Positions 43,077-52,656 of a stretch of 64,000 nt of DNA are shown piece by piece; within the stretch, counting starts at the first letter, position 1; each line of letters opens with the position of its first letter. The notes under the pieces were generated by a model. That model made no database searches, was not told where the DNA came from, and saw only the letters and a list, made by a program, of their open reading frames with translations. The DNA is taken from positions 96,001-160,000 of the forward strand of contig CAXXJV010000001.1 of the NCBI GenBank assembly GCA_963663475.2, in the 5' to 3' direction. The translations under genes and the position numbers were made by a program. The DNA is from Candidatus Cloacimonadales bacterium. GTDB lineage: Bacteria > Cloacimonadota > Cloacimonadia > Cloacimonadales > JAFGVF01.

Positions 43077-43563
43077 AAATCACCTCCAAATATTTCTCAA
43101 ATTTACTAACTATCGCCTCTGTACTAGCATTTATATCACTGACAGAAACATCAATCCAGTGTATGTAAAAATACTGGTCCCGCATCTCGACTGTTAATGT
43201 TCCAGGTGTTAATGTTATAGAATTTGCCAAAATAGCTCTTCCTAAAGGAGATTTAAGTTTTGTTTTAACCTTAACAATACCTGGATTTATGGGCAATTTT
43301 GGAGAGATTATCCTTCTAGCTACATCTAAATTTGACTTTATCAACTCCCAGCTAAAAACAAATATGTAGCCGATACTGTATAAAAGAGCTCGGATATTTA
43401 AATTGATATCTGCTAAAATTGTTAATCTTTCTAGGAATAATAATGAAATTATAAGACTTGCTAGACCACCGTAAACTAGCTCTTGCTTTGCAGTACCTGC
43501 TAGTAAAATCCAAGTAATGAACAATAATAAACTGGCAATAATAAACGACTTAGCTTTCTTCAT
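43069..43563 (-). CDS. MrpE/MbxA subunit
   Basis: SNLDVA, PGIV, LANSITLTPGTLT. Confidence 0.93.
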   Translation of the reverse strand: MKKAKSFIIASLLLFITWILLAGTAKQELVYGGLASLIISLLFLERLTILADINLNIRALLYSIGYIFVFSWELIKSNLDVARRIISPKLPINPGIVKVKTKLKSPLGRAILANSITLTPGTLTVEMRDQYFYIHWIDVSVSDINASTEAIVSKFEKYLEVIFG

Positions 43564-43573
43564 TGCGATTTCC

Positions 43574-44176
43574 TCACACTTGTTTTATAGAATCTATGAT
43601 CAATTTGAAAAGGTAATCATAACTATTCTCACCTTTGCTTCCTAATTCCGAAATAAAACTCTCTTCCTCTCCCCATAATGCCTTAGCTAAGACCTCTACC
43701 TCCACATCTTGCCTTACTGATCCATCCCTCTTACCTTCTTCTAAAAAACTAACAATCTCCAGATTAATCTCCTGGTTATAGTTTCTATTTAGATCAATTT
43801 CCTCTTCAATGGCTTGACACTGGCTTCTGTGGTACTTAAAAGTCTGAAATATCTTACGAAAATCTTCCTTTTTAGAAAACTCTTCTAAGAACCTCTCTTT
43901 AAATATAATCAGTTTTTGCAATCCATCACATCTTTTTTTTGAAACTTCTTTCGCTACTTGTGCAATATTTTTAAAATAATTGTTCACTATACAAAAACAG
44001 ACTTCATTCTTACTCTTAAAATATGAATAGATTGATCCCTTACTATATCCGACCTTCTTAGCTATCTCCATCATGGTAGTATTCTCAAAACCCTTTGTGA
44101 AAAATATCTCTTCAGCAGCTTCCACAATTAAATTCTTCTTGAATTCATACTCTTGTTGTTTTCTGTTAATAATCAA
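43574..44176 (-). CDS. TetR/AcrR-family regulator heading the Mbx operon
   Basis: KGFENTTMMEIAKKVGYSKGSIYSYFKSK HTH; TTG start preceded by GGGAG. Confidence 0.93.
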   Translation of the reverse strand: MIINRKQQEYEFKKNLIVEAAEEIFFTKGFENTTMMEIAKKVGYSKGSIYSYFKSKNEVCFCIVNNYFKNIAQVAKEVSKKRCDGLQKLIIFKERFLEEFSKKEDFRKIFQTFKYHRSQCQAIEEEIDLNRNYNQEINLEIVSFLEEGKRDGSVRQDVEVEVLAKALWGEEESFISELGSKGENSYDYLFKLIIDSIKQV

Positions 44177-44477
44177 GTCTTACTCCCTTTTTTCCCCAAG
44201 TAGTACAGTATTTGCCTTTATCTGCCTAAAAAACTTCTTTAGTCCCAATGGTGCAGTAGTACCTTGATAATACTTGGCTAAAGCTATGTATCACAGGTGA
44301 AGAGAACTAGATTCTTTTAGCAAATAAGTTACAGAATTTGAAGGCATATAATATATAAATTCCTGAAAATTATGTACTTACTTTTGTAAAATAAGATTCT
44401 ACTATTCTCAAAGATCTACTGCATTATTAGGTTAAATCCTACTAGGTGAAATATTAGTATCATACTAAACAGAATTC

Positions 44478-44506
44478 ATTTTATTGACCAAGAGTCAATC
44501 TGTCAA
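44478..44506 (-). promoter_or_regulatory. Sigma70-type promoter with a palindromic operator in the spacer
   Basis: Minus strand TTGACA-N17-TAAAAT; ATTGAC-CAAGA-GTCAAT palindrome at 44483-44499. Confidence 0.7.
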
Positions 44507-44563
44507 TATTTGTTTTATTTTTTTTATTAAGGGTTTAAATTTCATGATGAATTTGAGCTTTAG

Positions 44564-44733
44564 TGAAGTAATATCCGCAAAAATAAAAGAGAAAATCCGC
44601 AAGAAAAAAAGAGAAAAGTAGTTAAATCCTATTCTAATAGTCCGCAAGAATAAATGAGAAATTGTATAAAATGAATGTAAAAAAATAAAAGTCTGCAAAA
44701 AAAGAAGAGAAATTTCTCATTTAATTTTGCAGA
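44564..44733 (+). repeat. Putative transposase-binding end: TGAAG plus five 21-bp repeats
   Basis: TCYGCAA...GAGAAA at 44574, 44596, 44641, 44692 (direct) and 44713-44733 (inverted). Confidence 0.7.
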
Positions 44734-44747
44734 CTTTTAATAAAATA

Positions 44748-45485
44748 TTATAATGGATCTTCAGGTCCTGAAGCATCAATTCTCTTAAACCATACAATAA
44801 TTTTATAGGTAGAACCAACCGTTAAACCACCTATATTAATCTTATCCAAATGCTCTTTAGTAATACCAGCATAGTCTTCTATTTTCTTATATATCTTAGT
44901 AGTGATGGTGTTTTCCTGAACATAGAAGTCACCTTCATCTTTAAGAATTTGGATTGCTAAGCCAGTGGATACAGATCCTCGTAAATCTGAGCGAAGATAA
45001 GCAAAATTCTTTAATACGCTTTCATTAATATCAACAGAAGTATTATCTGCTACATATCTCAAATCATACATATAAGGCATTCTTCCAAATATCAAATCCA
45101 ATAACTGATAAACATTACTTCCATATGATAGACCCCATTGACCATAACTACATAATATTGAATTAGCCGAGTGTCCTCCAGTAAATAAATGATCACTCAA
45201 ATCCTTCAAATTCCTAGTAAATTCACCAGGGTTAGTAGTCCCGACAATAGCTAATAACAGACTTTCCAAACTACCATTTACCAATGCATCAGCAGTTTGA
45301 GAATCTATCTGTTCTGCAGTATGCTTACTTGGAGTACCAGATAAATGCTCACTTAAAGCATCTCCAATCCCTTCATTAGCTTTCATTTTAGAATCAATCG
45401 CATCAAAGTTTCCGTTCACATCATTAGCCCATCCAGAAGAGCCTTCAGCAGGCTTTTTTAAGCCATAATTAGTTGTCTCAGTCAT
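44748..45485 (-). CDS. Putative tail fibre / receptor-binding protein
   Basis: N-terminal TTNYGLKKP...VNGNFDAID tail-fibre-type start; HxAxxI motifs; last gene of the tail operon. Confidence 0.6.
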   Translation of the reverse strand: MTETTNYGLKKPAEGSSGWANDVNGNFDAIDSKMKANEGIGDALSEHLSGTPSKHTAEQIDSQTADALVNGSLESLLLAIVGTTNPGEFTRNLKDLSDHLFTGGHSANSILCSYGQWGLSYGSNVYQLLDLIFGRMPYMYDLRYVADNTSVDINESVLKNFAYLRSDLRGSVSTGLAIQILKDEGDFYVQENTITTKIYKKIEDYAGITKEHLDKINIGGLTVGSTYKIIVWFKRIDASGPEDPL

Positions 45486-45497
45486 ATTATCCTCCTT

Positions 45498-45941
45498 TTA
45501 GAATCCCCAGCTTAAACCCCATGAATTACCCCACCCAGGAGCCTCATCATAGTTAATAGGAGATAGTTCTTTATATATTGCTTTTAATTCAATTCTTGTT
45601 ACTTCAGTAAAGTATCTTAAGTCATCAACTTGACTAGGGTATTTCTCTATAATCACAGGGAATTGCTTCTTACCAGTCTCATCATAATATTCTATATACA
45701 GTTTCCCTTCTTCCATTAGGTAGTCCTTAAGCTCGTTATATTGATCAGTATTTAGAATAGCATCAACTTTAAAGCTATCTTCATAATAAGGCTCTCTCCT
45801 AATCATTATTGTAGGATCATAGGCATTAGTCTTATCAATTAAGTACTTCTTATGGGGAGAATAATCTACTTCAGCATGTTCTAAGGTAAGCATTGAAACA
45901 CTGGAAGCTATTCTGATAAATCTTACTTCTTTATTATACAT
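45498..45941 (-). CDS. Putative tail tip (distal-tail-like) protein
   Basis: Position in tail operon, overlapping junction, C-terminal WGxxWGxxWGF. Confidence 0.45.
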   Translation of the reverse strand: MYNKEVRFIRIASSVSMLTLEHAEVDYSPHKKYLIDKTNAYDPTIMIRREPYYEDSFKVDAILNTDQYNELKDYLMEEGKLYIEYYDETGKKQFPVIIEKYPSQVDDLRYFTEVTRIELKAIYKELSPINYDEAPGWGNSWGLSWGF

Positions 45942-47328
45942 TAGTCCTCCATGCTATTGCCTGGTATTCATCTTTGACATAATCTCTTTTAAGCTCTGTA
46001 AGGAATAACTGTTCTTCCTTAACTCTTATTATATCAAAGACAGACAGGTTATTCTTGTTTATATCATCTATTTTAAGCTTATATTTGATTGCTTTATTAG
46101 CAATTGAAGTATAATAGTCAGTTAAGAGAATTTTTAAAGGTTCAGCAGAGTTGTAAAGAGCATCTAAACAGCTAAAATCTGGTACTATCTGCTTAAAATT
46201 TCTAATCTCCTCACATTCAGTTACATCACTTGTTAGATCTCCATGATCAGTATTACCCCAGTGGTTCCTGACTATCCTTAAGAAGCCATCAGCCTCTCTT
46301 TTGATAATAGTGAAGTTATGAATTACCAGGAAGCATTTTAAGGCAGTAAGATACTTTCTATTATCAGATTTTAGGATTAAAGAAGTTGGAAATACCTTGC
46401 CTGAAATTGTAAGAGTTCTGTTATCAGAAGCAACCTTATAAGTTGTTCCGTATATCTCAAGGAAGGAATACTCTCTCCTGCCAATCCAAGAAGTGTCTTC
46501 ATAGTGTTCAGGATAATCTTCTTTAGCTGTTTCAATAGCGTTTCTAGCACTATCAAGAGAAGAATAAACTCCAATCTTCTCACTCTGGATATCCATATCA
46601 ATACAGACTTTATTTGATATTTCAGCAACAAAACTCCTCATTAATAAAGTATAGTCGTTATCTCCTTGATTAAGTACATCTCTTTCTGTGATAACCCAAT
46701 CAATCCTCCTAAACTTAATTATTATAGCATCATTGTGAAAAGGAAGAGTATAGCTGTCATAACCAATATCTGAAGTCCTTTCTAAGCAGGCAGTCTCATA
46801 AAAGGAGGCTATCTCATAGAAAGGATAATCAGTCAGCTCAGTATTATTATAGATAATGTTTTTATCTAGGAAGTTAGAAGTTCTGTTATACCTTTCAGCT
46901 ACCTTCTGACTTATCCCACTCATGATAAGATCTAAAGTCCTATTAGCAGGGAAGTAAGTAGTGTCCTTTTCTAAACTCAGCAAATATGAATAGGAATAAG
47001 CCTTAAATTTAAGCACTTTATCAGGATGTTTAAATCCAAGTCCCTCTAAAAGCACAGCACCTCTAAAATCAAGGATATTACCCCTATAAACCTTAATATC
47101 ATAGCTACTAATAGCATTTCTAACTTCAAGTCCATTAACCAAGTTAGCCTTAAGCCAATCATCCAGAATAATCTCAATTTCAACTCTATCAGGTTCCTGG
47201 TCAAAGTTGTTATTGATAGCTACCTTCTGAGGAGAGTATTCTATATTAACAAGTCCTGTATTGAAGTTATAAACTACAGGATTAAAGCCAAATTCAGCAG
47301 AAACAAACTCTACTCTATAATCTACCAT
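45934..47328 (-). CDS. Putative tail hub/tip protein
   Basis: Directly follows the tape measure gene with an overlapping start; function inferred from position. Confidence 0.5.
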   Translation of the reverse strand: MVDYRVEFVSAEFGFNPVVYNFNTGLVNIEYSPQKVAINNNFDQEPDRVEIEIILDDWLKANLVNGLEVRNAISSYDIKVYRGNILDFRGAVLLEGLGFKHPDKVLKFKAYSYSYLLSLEKDTTYFPANRTLDLIMSGISQKVAERYNRTSNFLDKNIIYNNTELTDYPFYEIASFYETACLERTSDIGYDSYTLPFHNDAIIIKFRRIDWVITERDVLNQGDNDYTLLMRSFVAEISNKVCIDMDIQSEKIGVYSSLDSARNAIETAKEDYPEHYEDTSWIGRREYSFLEIYGTTYKVASDNRTLTISGKVFPTSLILKSDNRKYLTALKCFLVIHNFTIIKREADGFLRIVRNHWGNTDHGDLTSDVTECEEIRNFKQIVPDFSCLDALYNSAEPLKILLTDYYTSIANKAIKYKLKIDDINKNNLSVFDIIRVKEEQLFLTELKRDYVKDEYQAIAWRTNV

Positions 47329-50249
47329 CTGCTCCTCACAATACTTCCTTCTTCATTCTTTTCATTAAATTTAGCACTATCAGCCTTATCAATTACTTCA
47401 TTGGCAGAGATGTAGTTATTTACAGTCATATTCTTTTCTCTAAATTCTTGTCTTAAAGATCTGATTTCAGTGATTAGATCATTAATGAAAGAATTGTTTG
47501 AAGATACTAAACCACCAGAAGCGTATGCTACTTTAGGAACAGCAGGGATATTCATCGTTGGTAATTGTATTCCAGTTAAAGCCTCTTTAACCTTATTAAT
47601 TGGTGCATTATTCAAGAATTCAAAGAATGGCACACCAAGTTCTCTAACTCTCTGCTTTCTAGTAATAAACTCATCCCCTTCAGCTTCAATCAAAATACCT
47701 CCCTTAGCATGTGAAGGTCCTGCAAGCAAACCTGCTAGACCACCCTTTTCTGCCTTAGGAATATATTTTGTGTTTTTAATTTTGCTAATTTCTGCAGCTA
47801 CTAGAGCTCCCTGAGTGGCTGCAACAATCATATTGAATGGGAAAGGATAATCTTTAAATGCTCTAGCTGCAGCCTCGAAACCACTTATTGTTGCTTGTGC
47901 TATTGATAAGCCTTTACCAATTGAAAATAGTGATTTAGATTGACCTTGATAAGCATTCATCAGCTTTGCACCTATTGCTACAGAGCTTTGGAGTTGTTGA
48001 ACTCTTACAGCAAGGATAGCTTTACTTTTGGCTTCTTCAATTTCAACTTCTGTTTTACCTGATTCAATAAGCCAATCATGATTTAAGTCATAATACTTTT
48101 TGATTTTCTTTATCTTATCCTCAAGCCCATCATCTTCTTCATCGAATTTTGATAGAGCTTCTTCAGAAGACAACTGATTAATTTTATCTCTATACTTCTC
48201 ATATTCATCACTATCTTCTTTATATAGTCTTTTAAGCTCAGCCATTAAGTTTTCATATTGATTTAAGAGCTTTGAGTTTGAATCTGAATCTAAAGCATTA
48301 ATTCTAGAAATAAAGTTCCCTTTCTCCTGAATCATCCTCATCTGGCTTGCTTTCTGAATGCTTTCTAATTCATCTCTTGTAGTTTGATACTCCTGGCTTT
48401 CTTCTCCATAAGCTTCTTTTACTTCTTTAAGGTAGTTAGCAAAGTCAGCTTTCATTTTATCATAGCTTATAGCTGATAATTGCTGAAGGTTAGCATAATA
48501 TTGAACCATCTCTAACTTCTTAGTATTGAGAGAATCAAGCAAAGCTTGCTTAGACTTTTCTTCCTCTATGCTTTCTGCAACTTGTGCCTCTGATTTGATT
48601 CGCTTTTCTTCATCAGCAATTTGTTTTTTATATACTAACATCTGTCTGTCTAAATCTAATTTAGCTTCAGCATTTTCAGCATCAAGCTTTCCAAGAGCAT
48701 CATATTCAGATTGTAGCTGACTTATCTTATACTGGTAGAGTTCTATACCTGAAAGACTTGCCTCATACTGCAGACGTTCCTTCTTAGCAAAATAATCTCT
48801 TGTAGCTTGAACATCAGCATCTCTTATCTTTTGTTTTAATACCGCTTCTTTGGCTTCCAGTTCATTCAGTTTATTGTAGAATTCATCAGCATCATCATTA
48901 GGAAAGTATATTATATCACTATCTCTATCAGCTCCTACCGAAGCATAAAGCTTATCTATAGATTCACTAATATCTTGCAAATCTTTCTTAGCTGTTGCAT
49001 AATCTAATGTATCGGCATAAGCTCTAGCCTCTTTTGTAAGTCTTTTAAACCTCTCTTCTTGATTCTCTATACCTCTGTTAGACTCATCAATAGCTTCATT
49101 AAAATTAGTCTGTTTTTCTTCAGCAAATACTACTGAAGAGGCATAAAGTCCTACACCAATTGCAGCAGCTGCTACAAGTGAAACCCAATTACCAGTTAAA
49201 GCAACCCCAACAGCCTTAGCTGCATTTAGGGCTATTTGTTTTGTTGTAAGATATGCTATCCTAACAGCAAGTACGCCTAATACAGATATTAACACTTTTA
49301 CAAGACCTGGGTAATCATTCAAGAAGCTAACGACTTTAGTAAGGACCTTTATTAAAGGAGTTAGAGCTTGATTTATAAAATCACCAACTTTCTCTCTCAG
49401 ATCACCTACTAAGTTTTGATATTGAACCATTGCACCTGAACCGCTTTCTGTCTCTGCTTTAGATAACTCGAAACCATCGGCCATAGCTTTTTGTAATATA
49501 GCCATCTTCTCAGTTTCATCTTTAGCACTCTGCAATGCAGGGATATATCTCTGGAGTTGAGTAAACTCACCTTCATAAGCAAGAGCTATTCCTTTCATGG
49601 CAGTCTCTCTGCTAAGTCCTGCAGATGCAAAAGCTGTAGCCAACCCTATTGAACCTTGTAAAGCTTCTTCCATCTTATCTGTAGCAAGCCCCATATTAGT
49701 TGCAAGAGTAAGAAGTTGCATACTTTCCTCATCACCTACAGTAGTTAGCTTTTGAGTCTCACTAGCTAATTTCATAACTAAATCAACATTCTTTTCAGTA
49801 GCAGTACCTTTAACTCTCATAGCATTTATAATGTCTAACTCTGCCTTTTCTTGAGTATAAGAAGCACTCACATACCCACCTAATGCGGATTTGACTTTAC
49901 CGTACAGCATTGATAATCCACCTAATGCTAAAGTTATCTGGCTCATAGTCTGAATAAGTGGCTGACCATCGCCCACAAACTTGGTCTCTTTTTCATCAGG
50001 TACTTCTGCAATAGCACCTTGAGCATCTGAAGAAGATGCAACTACTCCTGAAGCATCACCGTCAACACTAACAGTCTTACCATCAAGATCGTCAAGATTG
50101 CTTTCAGCCTCACTTACATCAATATCCAGCTTAACATTATTACCCAATGACTTTTGAACATCACTTATCTCACTTTGTATTACAGAGATAGCTCTACGAG
50201 CCTTATCTATATCAATCATCAAACTGAATTTTAAATTACTATTTGACAT
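47322..50249 (-). CDS. Tail tape measure protein
   Basis: 975 aa, Ala/Leu-rich helical and coiled-coil with hydrophobic segments; C-terminal GPSHAKGGILIEAEGDEFI motif. Confidence 0.85.
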   Translation of the reverse strand: MSNSNLKFSLMIDIDKARRAISVIQSEISDVQKSLGNNVKLDIDVSEAESNLDDLDGKTVSVDGDASGVVASSSDAQGAIAEVPDEKETKFVGDGQPLIQTMSQITLALGGLSMLYGKVKSALGGYVSASYTQEKAELDIINAMRVKGTATEKNVDLVMKLASETQKLTTVGDEESMQLLTLATNMGLATDKMEEALQGSIGLATAFASAGLSRETAMKGIALAYEGEFTQLQRYIPALQSAKDETEKMAILQKAMADGFELSKAETESGSGAMVQYQNLVGDLREKVGDFINQALTPLIKVLTKVVSFLNDYPGLVKVLISVLGVLAVRIAYLTTKQIALNAAKAVGVALTGNWVSLVAAAAIGVGLYASSVVFAEEKQTNFNEAIDESNRGIENQEERFKRLTKEARAYADTLDYATAKKDLQDISESIDKLYASVGADRDSDIIYFPNDDADEFYNKLNELEAKEAVLKQKIRDADVQATRDYFAKKERLQYEASLSGIELYQYKISQLQSEYDALGKLDAENAEAKLDLDRQMLVYKKQIADEEKRIKSEAQVAESIEEEKSKQALLDSLNTKKLEMVQYYANLQQLSAISYDKMKADFANYLKEVKEAYGEESQEYQTTRDELESIQKASQMRMIQEKGNFISRINALDSDSNSKLLNQYENLMAELKRLYKEDSDEYEKYRDKINQLSSEEALSKFDEEDDGLEDKIKKIKKYYDLNHDWLIESGKTEVEIEEAKSKAILAVRVQQLQSSVAIGAKLMNAYQGQSKSLFSIGKGLSIAQATISGFEAAARAFKDYPFPFNMIVAATQGALVAAEISKIKNTKYIPKAEKGGLAGLLAGPSHAKGGILIEAEGDEFITRKQRVRELGVPFFEFLNNAPINKVKEALTGIQLPTMNIPAVPKVAYASGGLVSSNNSFINDLITEIRSLRQEFREKNMTVNNYISANEVIDKADSAKFNEKNEEGSIVRSRW

Positions 50250-50290
50250 TTCTTACCTTCTTCTTATTTTTTCTATGTGAGGTGAATATT

Positions 50291-50494
50291 ATGACTTTTA
50301 ATGAAGTTTTGTCTGTTATTGTGCCAATTATAGCACTTTTCATTATTATATTTATCCCTGCTAAATGGGGTAAACCAATTACCTGGCTTCAAGATTTGGG
50401 AAGATATCCTCAATCTAAAAAGAAAGCTGAGAATATAACTAAAACAAAGACCTATCATATCAACATATCTCTTGATGAATCTCATCAAAAATAA
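50291..50494 (+). CDS. Small membrane protein (moron) antisense to the tail operon
   Basis: GAGGTG RBS then ATG at 50291; one TM helix (VLSVIVPIIALFIIIFIP) and a basic tail. Confidence 0.55.
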   Translation: MTFNEVLSVIVPIIALFIIIFIPAKWGKPITWLQDLGRYPQSKKKAENITKTKTYHINISLDESHQK

Positions 50495-50498
50495 CTTC

Positions 50499-50920
50499 CT
50501 ACTTGCTTTCATCTCTATATTTACTCAACAGATAAACAGCTTCATCAAGCTCAATATCATCATACCACAAACCCAATCTTTTAAGCATATAGATATAGTC
50601 TAAGAAGACATTCCCTGTGTTTTTTTTAGAATCCCCATTTTTTTGATTACTGATTCTGGTAAGAACTTGATGATACCTGTAAAAAAATCTGATACAAGTT
50701 GTTGCACCTCCTCAGGCTCCATTTCTCCAAAATCAACATCATTGTTTCTGGTAATTGTTTGTAAGAATTCAATAGCTTTTCCACCTGTTAGCAAATCATT
50801 TAACAGTTCATCTAAGTTCTTATTGGCTTTAGCTTCTCCATCAAGGACACCATTCAAACCTACTTCATCTAACAATCTCTTTACCTTAACCAAAGTATTA
50901 ATATTTGTATATACCTTCAT
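50499..50920 (-). CDS. Tail assembly chaperone (G, 50600-50920) with a predicted -1 frameshift extension (GT) ending at 50499
   Basis: Slippery T TTT TTT at 50687-50681; the -1 frame stays open about 60 codons to TAG at 50501-50499; lies upstream of the tape measure gene. Confidence 0.7.
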
Positions 50921-51366
50921 CTTATCTCCTTATATTCTCCACTTTTCATCATCTCAGATAGTTCTTTAGCTCTATAACCTACCTGCACAGCCCATTTTGA
51001 TCTAAGCATCTCTTTACTAGCTTCATCAAAGTCTTCAGACTCTATCAAAGCAATTGTCTTCTTAAATGCTCCAAATCTTGGTATTCCTAAGTTAAAAGCC
51101 ATATCAATAACAACAGCCTTTCTAACAGCATTAAGTTTCTCAAACCAGTCATATCTTGCTTTAAGAACTTTAATCACACTATCAATATCATGCTCTAACA
51201 TTAGATAAGCTTCTTCTTCACTTATCCCATTATCCTGTAGATTGCGACCAACCCCAATAGTTAGCTTGCCTGCAGTACAGCGGTAAGGCTTAAGTTTTAG
51301 CCCTTCATGCTTTACTAACATCTTTCTAACTAATTCTTTATATTCAGCTTTAATGTGTCTCATCAT
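50917..51366 (-). CDS. T4-lysozyme-like (GH24) endolysin
   Basis: HEGLKLKPYRCTAGKLTIGVGRNL, DMAFNLG, SKWAVQVGYRA. Confidence 0.92.
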   Translation of the reverse strand: MMRHIKAEYKELVRKMLVKHEGLKLKPYRCTAGKLTIGVGRNLQDNGISEEEAYLMLEHDIDSVIKVLKARYDWFEKLNAVRKAVVIDMAFNLGIPRFGAFKKTIALIESEDFDEASKEMLRSKWAVQVGYRAKELSEMMKSGEYKEIR

Positions 51367-51410
51367 TGCTTTCTCCTTAAGAGATGAAGCAGACCGCAGT
51401 CTGCCTTTGT

Positions 51411-52196
51411 TTAATAGTTCTTTATCAGAATCTCTGTCTTTGGTAGTGTTTTCCCTGATAGAGAATAAAGTGTTTCAGCCTCCTGGATATCATAACCTTT
51501 GTATAATTCTCTTACTTTAGGATGATCATTATAAGAGAGTAACCATTTGCCTTTTACCTTGCCAAGAAGCTCTCTAAGTTCCTTATGCTGAGTAAAAGCA
51601 TCAACAGAATCTCTGTCATAAAGTTTCTCTTTCTCATAATAAGGAGGATCTACATAAAAGAAGGTAAAATCCCTATCATACTTAGTAATTAATTTCTCAA
51701 AGCTAAGATTATCTATTACCACATTAGCCAGCCTTTTAGAAGCTTTATCAACTTTATCCTTATTGAATAGAGGGATAATGTTAGAACCACCTCTTAAAGC
51801 AAATGAACGAGATAATCCACCAAAAGAACAAGACAGCTTATAATAAAAGAATACAGCTCTCTCTAAGTCTGTTCTAGGTTTCATTTCAATCATCTCTTTA
51901 AAAAGCTCTCTGGAAGCCATATATTGTTCTAACTCCTTATGAAAAGCATCTGGGTGGTATTTGATATATCTCCAGAAGTTTATCAAATCACCATTAATAT
52001 CATTAAATATTTCTCGGTAATTCGGTTTATTCTCTATTTTCCAATCTTTCGCATCATTGCTTTTAGCAAATAAAATCCAACCTGCTCCACCAAATGGCTC
52101 ACAGTACCAATTATGTTTTGGGATAAGTGGAATGATCCTTTTTCTTAAAAGTCTCTTTCCTCCTACCCAGCCTATTATACTACTCTCGAATGTTAT
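51411..52196 (-). CDS. Dam/D12-class DNA adenine methyltransferase; true 5' end lies upstream of the ORF call and has no in-frame ATG
   Basis: The frame continues upstream through GWVGGKRLL...YCEPFGGAGW...NDINGDLINFW; DPPY catalytic motif; WLLSYND. Confidence 0.8.
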   Translation of the reverse strand: MTFESSIIGWVGGKRLLRKRIIPLIPKHNWYCEPFGGAGWILFAKSNDAKDWKIENKPNYREIFNDINGDLINFWRYIKYHPDAFHKELEQYMASRELFKEMIEMKPRTDLERAVFFYYKLSCSFGGLSRSFALRGGSNIIPLFNKDKVDKASKRLANVVIDNLSFEKLITKYDRDFTFFYVDPPYYEKEKLYDRDSVDAFTQHKELRELLGKVKGKWLLSYNDHPKVRELYKGYDIQEAETLYSLSGKTLPKTEILIKNY

Positions 52197-52212
52197 ATTT
52201 CTCCATTATATT

Positions 52213-52240
52213 ACTGGGAACGCCTGCATCCTGCAGGCAT
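52213..52240 (+). repeat. ACTGGGA-led palindromic repeat (prophage REP-like family)
   Basis: ACTGGGAAC-GCCTGCA-TCC-TGCAGGC-AT. Confidence 0.75.
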
Positions 52241-52247
52241 TCCATGA

Positions 52248-52655
52248 TTAAAACAGCTTCTTAGCTAATCCTTGAGCAAGTCCAGTCATAGCCGTTCGAC
52301 CTAATCCAGTAGCTAAGTTTTTAAGCCAACCTGAACCATCTTGTTCTCCTGCTTTCCTAGCAGGTTCTGTTACTATATCATATACTTTCTGCACTGGATT
52401 ATCCGTTGCTAGTTTCTTAGCTAATTTAGCCATTTCAGCAGAAGGAATATTCTTAATATCCTTCTCTATTTGTGATGCTGGATGTTCATACCTGGAAGCA
52501 CCCAGTATTGCTTCTATTACTCTTTGAACAGTAGGAAGTACACTATCGATAGAAAGCATTTTCTTTCTAATCAGATAAACTACTCCTATAATGATCATTG
52601 TTACTACCACACTTATTGCAGATACTACTGCAGGATGATTTAGTAATTCACTCAT
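52248..52655 (-). CDS. Hypothetical membrane protein, possible holin
   Basis: N-terminal TM helix; located in the lysis region. Confidence 0.45.
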   Translation of the reverse strand: MSELLNHPAVVSAISVVVTMIIIGVVYLIRKKMLSIDSVLPTVQRVIEAILGASRYEHPASQIEKDIKNIPSAEMAKLAKKLATDNPVQKVYDIVTEPARKAGEQDGSGWLKNLATGLGRTAMTGLAQGLAKKLF

Positions 52656-52656
52656 C

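Noticed and set aside
44218-44347. Possible selenoprotein-like small ORF with an in-frame TGA in the tetR leader (minus strand)
   Set aside because: Weak RBS, no redox motif around the TGA and no clear SECIS hairpin; likely chance.
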